Position numbers and translations under genes: made by a program. Below the pieces are notes generated by a model that saw only the letters and a program-made list of their open reading frames with translations, searched no databases and was not told the origin of the DNA. From contig NC_014408.1 in assembly GCF_000145295.1 (NCBI RefSeq), positions 870,001-902,000 on the forward strand: a DNA stretch of 32,000 bases, written 5' to 3'. Position 1 is the first letter of the stretch. Each line of letters opens with the position of its first letter. The stretch comes from Methanothermobacter marburgensis str. Marburg (GTDB lineage Archaea; Methanobacteriota; Methanobacteria; Methanobacteriales; Methanothermobacteraceae). This document shows positions 8,797 through 17,376 of this stretch, piece after piece.

Positions 8797-10068
8797 ATGA
8801 AGCCCCACCTGAGGAGGGAACTTAGCCTCTTTGACACCCTTAACCTTGTAATAGGGACCATAGTGGGGGCCGACATCTACATCGTGGCGGCCTATGGTGC
8901 AGGTAGCCTTGGCCCTGCCTCCGTACTGGCCTGGATCCTCGCAGGACTCATGGCCATGGTTATTGCACTTGTATTCTCTGAGGCCTCCAGGATCCTTCCT
9001 GTGACGGGGGGCCCCTACGCCTATACATGTGAGGCCCTTGGACGTTTCGCAGGGTTCATAACTGGATGGTCCCTCTGGGTTTCCTCGTGGATAGCCATAG
9101 CGGTGTTCCCCATAGCCTTCGTCTACTACCTTGAATACTTCATCCCCCTGAATGTTATCTGGGAGGCCGTCATCAAGGTCCTCTTCATAGTCTCACTCAC
9201 CCTCATAAACATCGCCGGGGTTGGGAGGGCCGGTAAGGTGAACGATGTCCTCACGGTCCTCAAGGTGGCGCCGGTACTCCTCTTTGCAATCCTGGGGGCG
9301 GTGCACCTTGCCCTCAACCCCGCAATCCTTACAGGTAATTACACCCCCCTGGCACCTATGGGCCTGGGGGCCCTTGGAGGTGTCACTGTACTGGTTTTCT
9401 GGGCCTACGTTGGATTTGAACTTGTAACGGTCCCTGCAGACGAGGTTAAAAACCCTGAAAGGAACATACCCCTGGCCATAACCCTTGGGATGGTCTTTGT
9501 GATGCTATTCTATCTCATCACCAATGCCGTTATCCTTGGGCTTGTACCATGGGGGGTCCTTGCGGCCTCAAACGCACCCCTCACGGTTGCCGGCTACAGC
9601 CTCATGGGTGGGCTCGGGGCCCTTATACTCACTGCAGGTGCTGTGTTTTCGATTGCCGGTTCAGAGGAGGCCGGGATGCTCTCAACCGCCAGGCTGCTCT
9701 TTGCCATGTCCAGGGATGGTTTCCTGCCGCGTGCCCTCTCCAGGGTGCACGGGAGGTTCGGCACGCCCCACGTCAGCATCCTGGTTCAGAACCTCACGGC
9801 CCTTGCAGCCGCACTCACCGGTACAGCGGCTGGGCTCATCGAACTATCAGTTTTAACCCTTCTACTCCCCTACGCAACAACCTGCGTTTCACTGGGGATA
9901 CTTCGGAGGAGAGATGGCACTGGAGTTCCGGTGAAGAGTGTCCTGGGTGTTCTTATCTGTGTTTACCTCCTTCTGAATACAACACCAGGGACCATCATCG
10001 CCGGCTTACTCCTGGTCATGGGGGGCGTGCCCCTCTACCTGATCTTCAGAAAAAAGAATCTAAAGTAG
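8797..10068 (+). CDS. APC-superfamily amino acid/polyamine permease
   Basis: A 423-aa polytopic membrane protein. Its N-terminus, LSLFDTLNLVIGTIVGADIY...GPASVLAWILAGLMAMVIALVFSE...TGGPYAY, is typical of APC transporters. Confidence 0.8.
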   Translation: MKPHLRRELSLFDTLNLVIGTIVGADIYIVAAYGAGSLGPASVLAWILAGLMAMVIALVFSEASRILPVTGGPYAYTCEALGRFAGFITGWSLWVSSWIAIAVFPIAFVYYLEYFIPLNVIWEAVIKVLFIVSLTLINIAGVGRAGKVNDVLTVLKVAPVLLFAILGAVHLALNPAILTGNYTPLAPMGLGALGGVTVLVFWAYVGFELVTVPADEVKNPERNIPLAITLGMVFVMLFYLITNAVILGLVPWGVLAASNAPLTVAGYSLMGGLGALILTAGAVFSIAGSEEAGMLSTARLLFAMSRDGFLPRALSRVHGRFGTPHVSILVQNLTALAAALTGTAAGLIELSVLTLLLPYATTCVSLGILRRRDGTGVPVKSVLGVLICVYLLLNTTPGTIIAGLLLVMGGVPLYLIFRKKNLK

Positions 10069-10074
10069 CTGTGG

Positions 10075-10171
10075 GTTCAGTACCCACTAAATGATGTGTG
10101 GAAGTCAGGCTATCCTTGCGTGTGAGTTTGTGTTTGATGATGTTCAGTGCCCCCTAAATGATGTGTGGAAG
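10075..10171. repeat. Two-copy direct repeat (30 nt, period 67). Copy 2 contains the stop codon and last 5 codons of the TPR gene.
   Basis: Copy 1 (10075-10104) is gttcagtacccactaaatgatgtgtggaag and copy 2 (10142-10171) is gttcagtgccccctaaatgatgtgtggaag. They match at 28 of 30 positions. The TPR gene stop (cta on the plus strand) is at 10154-10156. Confidence 0.7.
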
Positions 10172-11404
10172 GAGTAGCAGGATAAAAATGTAGGTTAACA
10201 GTACACAGATCATTATTGTGGAGTGTCTCAGGGCACGTGGATGTCCACCATTTACACGCAGGTAGCATGGCCCAAGAACAAAAAGGATGGAACTCAAAAA
10301 CCCATCAATGTGTTCCAGGGCCCATTCAAAAAGTAAATGCAGGTCTCCGGTTTTCCATGTCATGGTGAGGGTGTACATGACCCTGCTACTCTCCTGTGCC
10401 AGGTATGGCAGGATAAGCGCCATGAGAAGAATCAGCGGCCCGAAGAGGATGGGAAGGGATACTGCTGCCAGGATACGATCCCCTGACTCCTCAGGCTTTA
10501 TCAGTTGCCGGATTGATAGATACAGAAATGCGAATGGGGTGAAAATCAGGGCCCCCAGGACCATTAGCAGTTCACTACGTGGCCTTTCCTTCAGTAATAT
10601 GTATATGGCTGCAGCCGTAAGGGCTCCCATTACCAAGGTGCCCGCAAACTCAGCTCTGAAAATTATCAGTATGAACTGGGCGAGGGTGATTGCCGTGAAG
10701 GCGTATGAGATGACTGTGAGTGCCCTGAAGGGGTATGGGTAGATGGACTCAGGGAGGTCCTCCTCGATGGGGACACCGTTGGCTGTATCAAGTGCTATTT
10801 TAAGACATTTCTCAGAGGCCCATTGGTTCCCGAGTGCCTCAAAAGCCTCTGCCTTGCCGATCCATACCGGGACATTCCCTGCATCCAGCCTGATGGCCCT
10901 ATCAAAGCATTCCAGTGCCTCCCGGTATCTCCCATGTTTATTCAGGGAGAACCCCATGTAGACCCATGATTGGGCATGGAGTGGATCAATGGCTGTGGCC
11001 TTTTCAAATGACTTCAGTGCCCCTTCATCTTCGCCCCACTGGTGAAGTATCAGACCCCTTCCATACCATAGGGTGGCGTTACTGGGGTTCTCATTGATGG
11101 ATGATTCATAGAGTTCAAGGGCCCTCCGGTAACATGCGTCTCTCTCCTCATCCTCCCCGAGGATACTGTGGATGTAGCCCATCTTATGCCAGGCCCGTGG
11201 ATGGGGACTTATTTCCGTCAGTCTCTCAAGGGCCTTCAGGGCATCCCTGTATCTTCCCATATTCTGGTTTATGTTACTCAGGAGCATCCATGCCGCCGGG
11301 TTTTCAGGGTCAGCCTCCGTAACCCTCCTGGCAATGTGGAGGGCCCTCTCAGGGGCACCCCACCCCACCAGAAATTCGGCAACTGCAAGCATGACCCTCT
11401 TCAT
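10154..11404 (-). CDS. TPR-repeat protein with a C-terminal polytopic membrane domain
   Basis: A 416-aa ORF. The N-terminal ~210 aa show repeated TPR-like A..W...G......Y.EA...F..A....P patterns. The C-terminal ~200 aa are hydrophobic, with multiple predicted TM helices. Confidence 0.7.
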   Translation of the reverse strand: MKRVMLAVAEFLVGWGAPERALHIARRVTEADPENPAAWMLLSNINQNMGRYRDALKALERLTEISPHPRAWHKMGYIHSILGEDEERDACYRRALELYESSINENPSNATLWYGRGLILHQWGEDEGALKSFEKATAIDPLHAQSWVYMGFSLNKHGRYREALECFDRAIRLDAGNVPVWIGKAEAFEALGNQWASEKCLKIALDTANGVPIEEDLPESIYPYPFRALTVISYAFTAITLAQFILIIFRAEFAGTLVMGALTAAAIYILLKERPRSELLMVLGALIFTPFAFLYLSIRQLIKPEESGDRILAAVSLPILFGPLILLMALILPYLAQESSRVMYTLTMTWKTGDLHLLFEWALEHIDGFLSSILFVLGPCYLRVNGGHPRALRHSTIMICVLLTYIFILLLLPHII

Positions 11405-11427
11405 AATACATATTCAAATATTAATAA

Positions 11428-11435
11428 TATATAAA
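11428..11435 (-). promoter_or_regulatory. TATA box (TTTATATA) for the TPR-membrane gene, probably giving a leaderless mRNA
   Basis: The reverse complement of tatataaa is TTTATATA. Its centre is about 27 nt upstream of the ATG at 11404, and no SD lies between them. Confidence 0.4.
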
Positions 11436-11496
11436 TGGTGGCTTAAGGATTCCCTGTCCCCCTCCCTGGAATAAACTCCGCAATGCTCTGATACTA

Positions 11497-13620
11497 TTAT
11501 TCTGAACCTTCACCCTCCCCCCTGTGGACAGTCTTGGCCCAGCGCCTCTCGCGCCTCCGTAGCATGTGAACTGTCGCAGCCACAAAGAGCGGGATTAGGT
11601 ATAGGCAGTAGGCCCAGTACTCAATGGATAACAGGATGGTACGGGGTATGCTGTAGCCGTCCATCCTTATACCGCTCATTGTGAGGGGGAAGAACGCCAC
11701 GGTTGATATGAGGCCTATTATGAAGGGGGCCTCCATCCTGAATCCGAAACCAGCAAGGTTCAGAATGAATACAATGTACCCCAGCATGACGAACCCTATG
11801 AAGATCATGGAGAAGAGGTAGAATATGGCGTCAAGCCTCCTGTGGAGTGCTATGGGGGCATCGATCATCGGGGCAAGGTATACGAAGAGTGTCTCCAGGT
11901 TACCTGTGAGCCAGCGGGTCCTCTGCCTGAAGAAGGCCGGCCACTCACTCACGGCCTCCTGGAAGACCTCCGCCTCCGGGGAATACCTGACATGGTAGCC
12001 CCTGAGCATCAGCTTGACGCTGAGATTCAGGTCCTCTGTAACCGCGTAGCCATCCCAGCCACCTATCTCCTCAACAACCCTCCTCTTAACCATCTGGCCG
12101 TTACCCCCAAGGAAGGCAGGTACATCCATGTTCATCCTTGACCTCATGATTACGTTGCCGAATATGGCGAACTCAAGGTCCTGCATCCTGGTGAGGAGGT
12201 TCTCATCTGCATTGTACATCCTCACCCTGGACTGGGCGCCGGCCACATCATCACCATCAAGGTAGGGGACTATATTCCTGAGGAAGTCCGGTTCAACCCT
12301 GGCGTCGGCGTCAAAGACCGCTATGATGTCGCCCTCGGCCAGTGTCACCCCATCGTTTAGGGCGTACCCCTTACCGTTGAAGGCGAAGGGGGCCCTCCTT
12401 GTCACAACCTTCAGGTGCCTGTACCTCTTCACCAGTTCCTCGAGGATCTCACCGGTACGGTCCGTTGACCCGTCGTTCACAACTATGATCTCATAGTTCC
12501 TCCTCCCGTTTACATGGTAGTCCAGGGATGAGAGGGTCTCAACGCACCTCTCAATGGTGTTCTCCTCGTTGTTGGCGGGGACTATAATGCTCACCATGGG
12601 CATTGAATCTGAAACAGGCCTTTCGGGTTTCCTGTAACTGAATGAAAGATGCAGGAGACTGTAGACCACCGGTATGAAGAGTGTGTACATGAGCCAGGTC
12701 ATGCTCCGTGTTATGAAGCCGTAGGCTGCAAGGCCGAGTATCAGCGATGATACAAAGAAGACGCCGGTCTTCTCTATCTTCATCTCCTCAGCCTTGGTGA
12801 CGATGACCTCATGCATCCTCCTTGAGTAGTCCTCCATGTCCCTGATGTTCTGTAGTACCACCTCGATCTCGGCCCTCAGCTGCTCGGTGCTGAAGGGCTT
12901 GAGTAGGTAACCGTAGGGTTCCGTCTCCAGTATCCTGGCGAGGGTCGAGTCATCTGAGTAGGCTGTCAGGTATATTACAGGGATCCCGTGTTCACCCTGT
13001 ATCACCTCAGCGGCCTCTATACCATCCATCTCACCACGGAGGTAGACGTCCATGATGACAACATCGGGCTGGAGTTCCGCGGCCGCTGATACAGCGCCCT
13101 CACCTGTATCCTCAACCCCCACTACCCTGAACCCTGCATCCTCCAGTTTATGGGAGAGGTCGGCTGCGACGATCGCCTCATCCTCCACCACAAGGACACC
13201 GGGGACTGCACCGGTCTTCCTCTCCTTCGGAACCTTCAGGAGGTCCCTTATATCAGCCCTGTACCGTTTGAGGGCTGTTTCAACCGTCACCTTAAGTGTC
13301 CGGTCATCGTAGGGTTTGAGGAGGTAACCGTAGGCCCCGGCCCTCCTGGCCCTCCCTATGGTCTCCGGGTCAGAGTAGGCTGTGAGGAACACCACCGGGA
13401 CCCTGAGTTCCTTCACCCTCCGGGCCACATCCACACCATCCATCTCACCCCTCAGGACTATGTCCATGAGTACAAGGTCCGGCCTCTTCTCTGCTATCAG
13501 CTTAAGGGCCTCTTTACCTGTGGCTGCAACCCCAACGACCCTGTAGCCCATATCCTCCAGTCTCATCTGGAGGTCCGATGCTATGAGTGCCTCATCCTCC
13601 ACTATCAGAATTGACGTCAT
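11497..13620 (-). CDS. Fusion of two response-regulator receiver domains to a membrane-bound processive family-2 glycosyltransferase
   Basis: REC1 reads ILIVEDE...LVLMDIVL...FLTAYSD...YLLKP and REC2 reads VLVVEDE...VVIMDVYL...YLTAYSD...YLLKP. TM helices follow, then a GT2 domain with VNDGSTD, FDADA, VTEDLNLS and RQRTRW (the D,D,D,QxxRW signature). I prefer the ATG at 13620 (SD GAAGGTGAGG, 10 nt after the polX stop) over the ORF-track TTG at 13641. Confidence 0.8.
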   Translation of the reverse strand: MTSILIVEDEALIASDLQMRLEDMGYRVVGVAATGKEALKLIAEKRPDLVLMDIVLRGEMDGVDVARRVKELRVPVVFLTAYSDPETIGRARRAGAYGYLLKPYDDRTLKVTVETALKRYRADIRDLLKVPKERKTGAVPGVLVVEDEAIVAADLSHKLEDAGFRVVGVEDTGEGAVSAAAELQPDVVIMDVYLRGEMDGIEAAEVIQGEHGIPVIYLTAYSDDSTLARILETEPYGYLLKPFSTEQLRAEIEVVLQNIRDMEDYSRRMHEVIVTKAEEMKIEKTGVFFVSSLILGLAAYGFITRSMTWLMYTLFIPVVYSLLHLSFSYRKPERPVSDSMPMVSIIVPANNEENTIERCVETLSSLDYHVNGRRNYEIIVVNDGSTDRTGEILEELVKRYRHLKVVTRRAPFAFNGKGYALNDGVTLAEGDIIAVFDADARVEPDFLRNIVPYLDGDDVAGAQSRVRMYNADENLLTRMQDLEFAIFGNVIMRSRMNMDVPAFLGGNGQMVKRRVVEEIGGWDGYAVTEDLNLSVKLMLRGYHVRYSPEAEVFQEAVSEWPAFFRQRTRWLTGNLETLFVYLAPMIDAPIALHRRLDAIFYLFSMIFIGFVMLGYIVFILNLAGFGFRMEAPFIIGLISTVAFFPLTMSGIRMDGYSIPRTILLSIEYWAYCLYLIPLFVAATVHMLRRRERRWAKTVHRGEGEGSE

Positions 13621-13630
13621 GTCCTCACCT

Positions 13631-15304
13631 TCAGTTACCAAGCCACCTTCTGAGTTTCCTGATGCCCATGGTGTTTATCACATCGTCTGGCTCTGCCCAG
13701 CCACGCCTTGCGGTTATAACACCCCACCTGATGTTCTCAAGGGCACCCCTTGAGTGGGCGTCACTGTTTATTGCGATCCTGCAGCCTGCATCAACCGCCA
13801 TCCTGACATGGGTGTCCCTGAGGTCCAGGCGGAGGGGGTTGGAGTTCACCTCCAGGGCGACTCCCAGTTCAGAGGCGCGTTCAACCACCCTTTCCATGTC
13901 AACCAGGGGGTCAGGTGACCCAAGGACTCGCCCGGTGGGGTGGCCTATTATATCCACAGGGTCATGCTCCATTGCCCTGAGTAGCCTCTCTGTGATGTTC
14001 CCGGGGTCATGGATGCTTGCAACAACCAGGTCAAAGTCCTGCAGAATTTTATCAGGGACCTCGAGGCTCCCATCGTACAGTATGTTGACTTCGACACCTG
14101 CAAGGACCTCAACGTCCTCGATACGCTCGGCGGCCCTGAGGTATGCATCCACATCGTCGATGTACCTTGCATGGTCAGTGAAGGCAATGTACTCCCTCCC
14201 CAGGATGGATGCGTACTCTGCCATGTACTCCATTGCATCGATGCCGTCACTGAAGAGGGTGTGCATGTGGAGGTCCCCCCTGATATCTGAGAGGTTTACA
14301 AGGTCCGGGAGTTTCCCCTCTGCTGCAGCGGCCACCTCGCCACGGTTCTCCCTGAGTTCAGGTTCAATGTATGTGAGGCCAAGGGCCTCCAGAACCTCGG
14401 CCTCTGTCCTCCCGGCGACCCTCTCATCCCCCCTGAAGAGGCCGTATTCACTGAGCTTCATCGAGGAGGAAATGGCTATCCTACGTAGCTCCACGTTGAA
14501 CTCCCATGAGCCTGTGAAGTATAGGAGTGCCGCGCCAAAGACCTCGTCGTCGAAGACCCTGAGGTCACAGTCAAGGCCCTCCCTGAGGCGCACGGTTGAC
14601 TTCTTGGGGCCCTTAACCACTACCTCCTCCACCAGGTCCATGGAGGTGAAGTGGTCCATGACCCTATGGGGGTCGGTGGCTGTCACCAGTATGTCGATGT
14701 CCCCGACGGTCTCCCGGCCCCTCCTTATGGATCCTGCCACCTCAACCCTCCTGACACCCTCAAGTTCAAGGAGCTCTGATTTTATCCTGGATGCCAGGGG
14801 TACCACGTAGGCGAGGGGTCTTCTGGAGATCCTTGACCTTGCAAGTTCAATGTTACGGAGTATCATTGCCTCCTTCTTCTCACCCATCCCCCTGAGTCTC
14901 CTTATACGGTGCCTCCTTGCCTGTTCTTCTAGGTCGTCCAGTGTCTTTATCCCCAGTTCCTCGTAGAGGAGTTTAACCGTCTTTGGACCCACACCCTCCA
15001 CCGAGAGCAGGGAGTCAAGGTCCACCGGGTATTCCCCTGCAAGTCTCTCAAGGAGTGAGAGTGAACCTGTTGATAGTATCTCCTCTATCTTTGCTGCGAT
15101 GTTCTCCCCTATACCGGGGAGTTCCCTGAGTCTTCCCTGGGCTGCCACATCCTCTATGTCCTCCCCGAGAAATTCAACCGTCCTCGCAGCCCTCCTGTAG
15201 GCCTTTGTCCTGAATTCATCGCCCCTGAGTTCCATGTAGTCAGCAACACGGTTCAGAATATGGGCCACCAGATGGTTCTTCATAAGGGCATATATATTGT
15301 GCAT
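13631..15304 (-). CDS. polX: Family X DNA polymerase with a C-terminal PHP domain
   Basis: A 557-aa ORF. HhH motifs (LPGIGENIAAKI, VEGVGPKTVKLL), the catalytic GSIRRGRETVGDIDILV and the PHP motif GDLHMHTLFSDG are all present. The start could instead be the second Met (MKNHL, 15283). Confidence 0.85.
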   Translation of the reverse strand: MHNIYALMKNHLVAHILNRVADYMELRGDEFRTKAYRRAARTVEFLGEDIEDVAAQGRLRELPGIGENIAAKIEEILSTGSLSLLERLAGEYPVDLDSLLSVEGVGPKTVKLLYEELGIKTLDDLEEQARRHRIRRLRGMGEKKEAMILRNIELARSRISRRPLAYVVPLASRIKSELLELEGVRRVEVAGSIRRGRETVGDIDILVTATDPHRVMDHFTSMDLVEEVVVKGPKKSTVRLREGLDCDLRVFDDEVFGAALLYFTGSWEFNVELRRIAISSSMKLSEYGLFRGDERVAGRTEAEVLEALGLTYIEPELRENRGEVAAAAEGKLPDLVNLSDIRGDLHMHTLFSDGIDAMEYMAEYASILGREYIAFTDHARYIDDVDAYLRAAERIEDVEVLAGVEVNILYDGSLEVPDKILQDFDLVVASIHDPGNITERLLRAMEHDPVDIIGHPTGRVLGSPDPLVDMERVVERASELGVALEVNSNPLRLDLRDTHVRMAVDAGCRIAINSDAHSRGALENIRWGVITARRGWAEPDDVINTMGIRKLRRWLGN

Positions 15305-15645
15305 ATTAGTTAACCGTTTTTGCTTTCAGGCAAATGGCAAGGCCCTCAATACAGCCGTATTCTCGTTGGGTGAATAGATGGTTTAAATGCAGATTAAGAT
15401 GCAGAATCTGAGTTGTGGTGAAGAGATTCATCTAGTTTGAAGAAACCACCCTGGGAAATTAAAAAAAGCATTTTATGAATTGATGATTGGACCATTTAAG
15501 TAGAAGACCTCTGATCCATCGAAATATCAGTAAAATCAAATGAAAGGCCAAAATTTAGAGTTCCTGGATTACTGGGAAAAGAACATCAAAAAACTGAATT
15601 TTAGATGCCAGCTATACTCTGGATCAGTTAAAAGATAAAATATGA

Positions 15646-16392
15646 CTAGAGGGACCCCATACCCTCAACGATCTCACGGATCTTATCCTCAACGTTTGAG
15701 CTGTTCTCAACCACAGTACCCGTGACTATGATATCTGCACCTGCACCTGCAACCCTTGCGGCATCTGCACCGGTCCTTATACCGCCGCCCACTATGAGTA
15801 TCTGGTCTGTGCACCTCTTAACAAGGGATATCATCTCCTCAGGCACATGCTGTGGGGCACCTGAACCCGCCTCAAGGTAGAAGAGCCTCATACCAAGGAA
15901 CTCTGCGGCCATGGCATATGCTGCCGCAATGTCCGGCTTGTTTCTGGGAACAGGCTTTGTATCTCCAACCCAGCCCACCGTACCCCCTGGTTCAACCACA
16001 AGGTAACCCATTGGGAGGGCCTCTATCCCCATCTTCTTAACGGCTGGCGCACCCAGGGCCTGGGCACCTATGATCCAGTAGGGGTTGTTTGAGTTGAGGA
16101 GACTCATGAAGAATATCGCATCTGCGTGGCGGCTGACACCTGTGGTGTTCCCAGGGAAAAGTATTATCGGGACATCTATGTTCTCCCTCAGAGCCCCTGC
16201 GGTGGCATCAAGTTCACTGGAATCGGTGGTTGACCCCCCGAGCATTATACCATCGGTACCGCCCCTTATGGCAGCCTCTGCGATTTCAACGGCCTCCTCA
16301 GGGGTCTGCTCCTCAGGGTCGATGAGGGTAAGGTGTATCTTCCTCTCCCCAAGAATATCATGGAAATAATCTTCAACCTTCATTTTGAACAC
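15646..16392 (-). CDS. Geranylgeranylglyceryl phosphate synthase (archaeal lipid biosynthesis, PcrB/GGGPS family)
   Basis: A 248-aa TIM-barrel protein. The segments IHLTLIDPEE, GGTDGIMLGGS, FYLEAGSG and ILIVGGGIR match the GGGPS I know from Methanothermobacter. Confidence 0.9.
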   Translation of the reverse strand: MFKMKVEDYFHDILGERKIHLTLIDPEEQTPEEAVEIAEAAIRGGTDGIMLGGSTTDSSELDATAGALRENIDVPIILFPGNTTGVSRHADAIFFMSLLNSNNPYWIIGAQALGAPAVKKMGIEALPMGYLVVEPGGTVGWVGDTKPVPRNKPDIAAAYAMAAEFLGMRLFYLEAGSGAPQHVPEEMISLVKRCTDQILIVGGGIRTGADAARVAGAGADIIVTGTVVENSSNVEDKIREIVEGMGSL

Positions 16393-16425
16393 TCAGAAAA
16401 GTAATAAATGGGGGAGTGGGGCTGT

Positions 16426-16572
16426 TTAACCCCTTGGTTCCTTTGCCTTGTACCTTAATCCCTTGTAACCGCACTTCCTGCATGTCTTTGCAGTTGGTGG
16501 GTTCCTGGCGTTACATTTAAGGCAGATCTTGATATTGAATAGTCTGTTTTCTGCTTCCTCAAATCTTGCCAT
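16426..16572 (-). CDS. rpl40e: 50S ribosomal protein L40e
   Basis: This gene falls below the ORF-track size cut-off. My translation is [48 protein letters not shown] (48 aa) with a CxxC...CxxC zinc ribbon. The ATG is 2 nt after the tsr3 stop, and its SD GGAGGC lies in the last tsr3 codons. Confidence 0.8.
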
Positions 16573-16574
16573 AA

Positions 16575-17084
16575 TTAGCCTCCTATGTATTTGTTCTGAA
16601 TCTCAACAACCTCACGGCTATCCCTAGCCCGGGAGTAAGCTTCAAGAAGTTCACGGTTGAGGTCCAGGAAGTGTGGACCCCACTTGAAGTAGGACATGAT
16701 GTCAGACGCTATATCTTTCAGTCCAACTATATAAAGGGTTGCCGCCACAGCCTCCGCAGTTGATAGTATGCAGGGCTTTCCATAGTTGGTGGGGTTTGCG
16801 GCCACCAGGAACGGCAGCGACCTGTGGTTCCCTGCGGTCTGGAATATGACCGATGACTTTCTGACCTTTTTCCATGAGCAGTCCAGGGCTGCGATGCCCC
16901 TCCTCATGACCATGTCACGGTCCTCGGGTGAGACTGCCTTCTCAGAAAAAGGGTTGAGGACAAGTGCACCTCTGGGTATCTGGTTGAGACTATTTACTAT
17001 TTTAAATTTTCCCTTCCTCCCCAGTTTGAGGCTGGTGCACTTCTTCCTGTCACACTCCTCTGCATGGTATACCACGATTCTCAT
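16575..17084 (-). CDS. tsr3: Tsr3-like 16S rRNA aminocarboxypropyltransferase (DUF367 with an RLI-type N-terminal motif)
   Basis: A 169-aa ORF. It contains [17 protein letters not shown] and the [16 protein letters not shown] pattern typical of Tsr3/DUF367. Confidence 0.7.
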
Positions 17085-17108
17085 CAGGGTGATATTGGAA
17101 TGTCCATG

Positions 17109-17116
17109 TATAAATA
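17109..17116 (-). promoter_or_regulatory. TATA box (TATTTATA) for the tsr3-rpl40e-GGGPS transcription unit, probably leaderless
   Basis: The reverse complement of tataaata is TATTTATA. It ends 24 nt upstream of the tsr3 ATG (17084), and no SD is present. Confidence 0.4.
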
Positions 17117-17120
17117 ATTT

Positions 17121-17376
17121 GGATGGATAGGGGATCCTAAGTGGTCTGTCCTAGAACATCTCCCTCTCATGCTCCAGATGGTGTTCCGAAGTAACCTCTG
17201 CTAGAACATCTCCCTCTCATGCTCCAGATGGTGTTCCGAAGTAACCTCTGCTAGAACATCTCCCTCTCATGCTCCAGATGGTGTTCCGAAGTAACCTCTG
17301 CTAGAACATCTCCCTCTCATGCTCCAGATGGTGTTCCGAAGTAACCTCTGCTAGAACATCTCCCTCTCATGCTCCA
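17121..17376. repeat. 50-bp tandem array: one degenerate copy, 4 perfect copies and a 26-nt partial copy that forms the 3' end of the chelatase-like gene
   Basis: The unit ctagaacatctccctctcatgctccagatggtgttccgaagtaacctctg occurs at 17151, 17201, 17251 and 17301, all identical. Positions 17351-17376 repeat its first 26 nt and encode ...EHEREMF plus the stop. Positions 17121-17150 are a decayed copy of the unit's distal half. Confidence 0.95.

Noticed and set aside
9524-10094. Overlapping plus-strand ORFs (110 and 181 aa, Pro/Arg/Gly-rich) within the 3' half of the permease gene
   Set aside because: They are alternative frames of a clearly coding membrane-protein gene. Their composition reflects off-frame reading of GC-rich hydrophobic codons.
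13587-14810. A 407-aa plus-strand ORF rich in Ser/Thr/Arg
   Set aside because: It is entirely antisense to the well-supported PolX gene and has no recognisable motifs, so it is a shadow ORF.
15479-15514. A possible C/D-box sRNA (TGATGA at ~15480 and CTGA at ~15511)
   Set aside because: Only about 25 nt separate the boxes. There are no internal D'/C' boxes and no terminal complementary stem, so the candidate is too short for an archaeal C/D sRNA.
15540-15638. A 32-codon ORF (MKGQNLEFLDYWEKNIKKLNFRCQLYSGSVKR) in the long AT-rich spacer
   Set aside because: It has no SD, no suitably placed TATA box and no recognisable motif. An ORF of this size is expected by chance in AT-rich DNA.
17151-17350. 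Interpreting the 50-bp array (and the 56-bp array at 27197-27532) as CRISPR
   Set aside because: The units abut directly with no unique spacers, no cas genes are nearby, and the units are longer than typical CRISPR repeats. These are plain tandem arrays.
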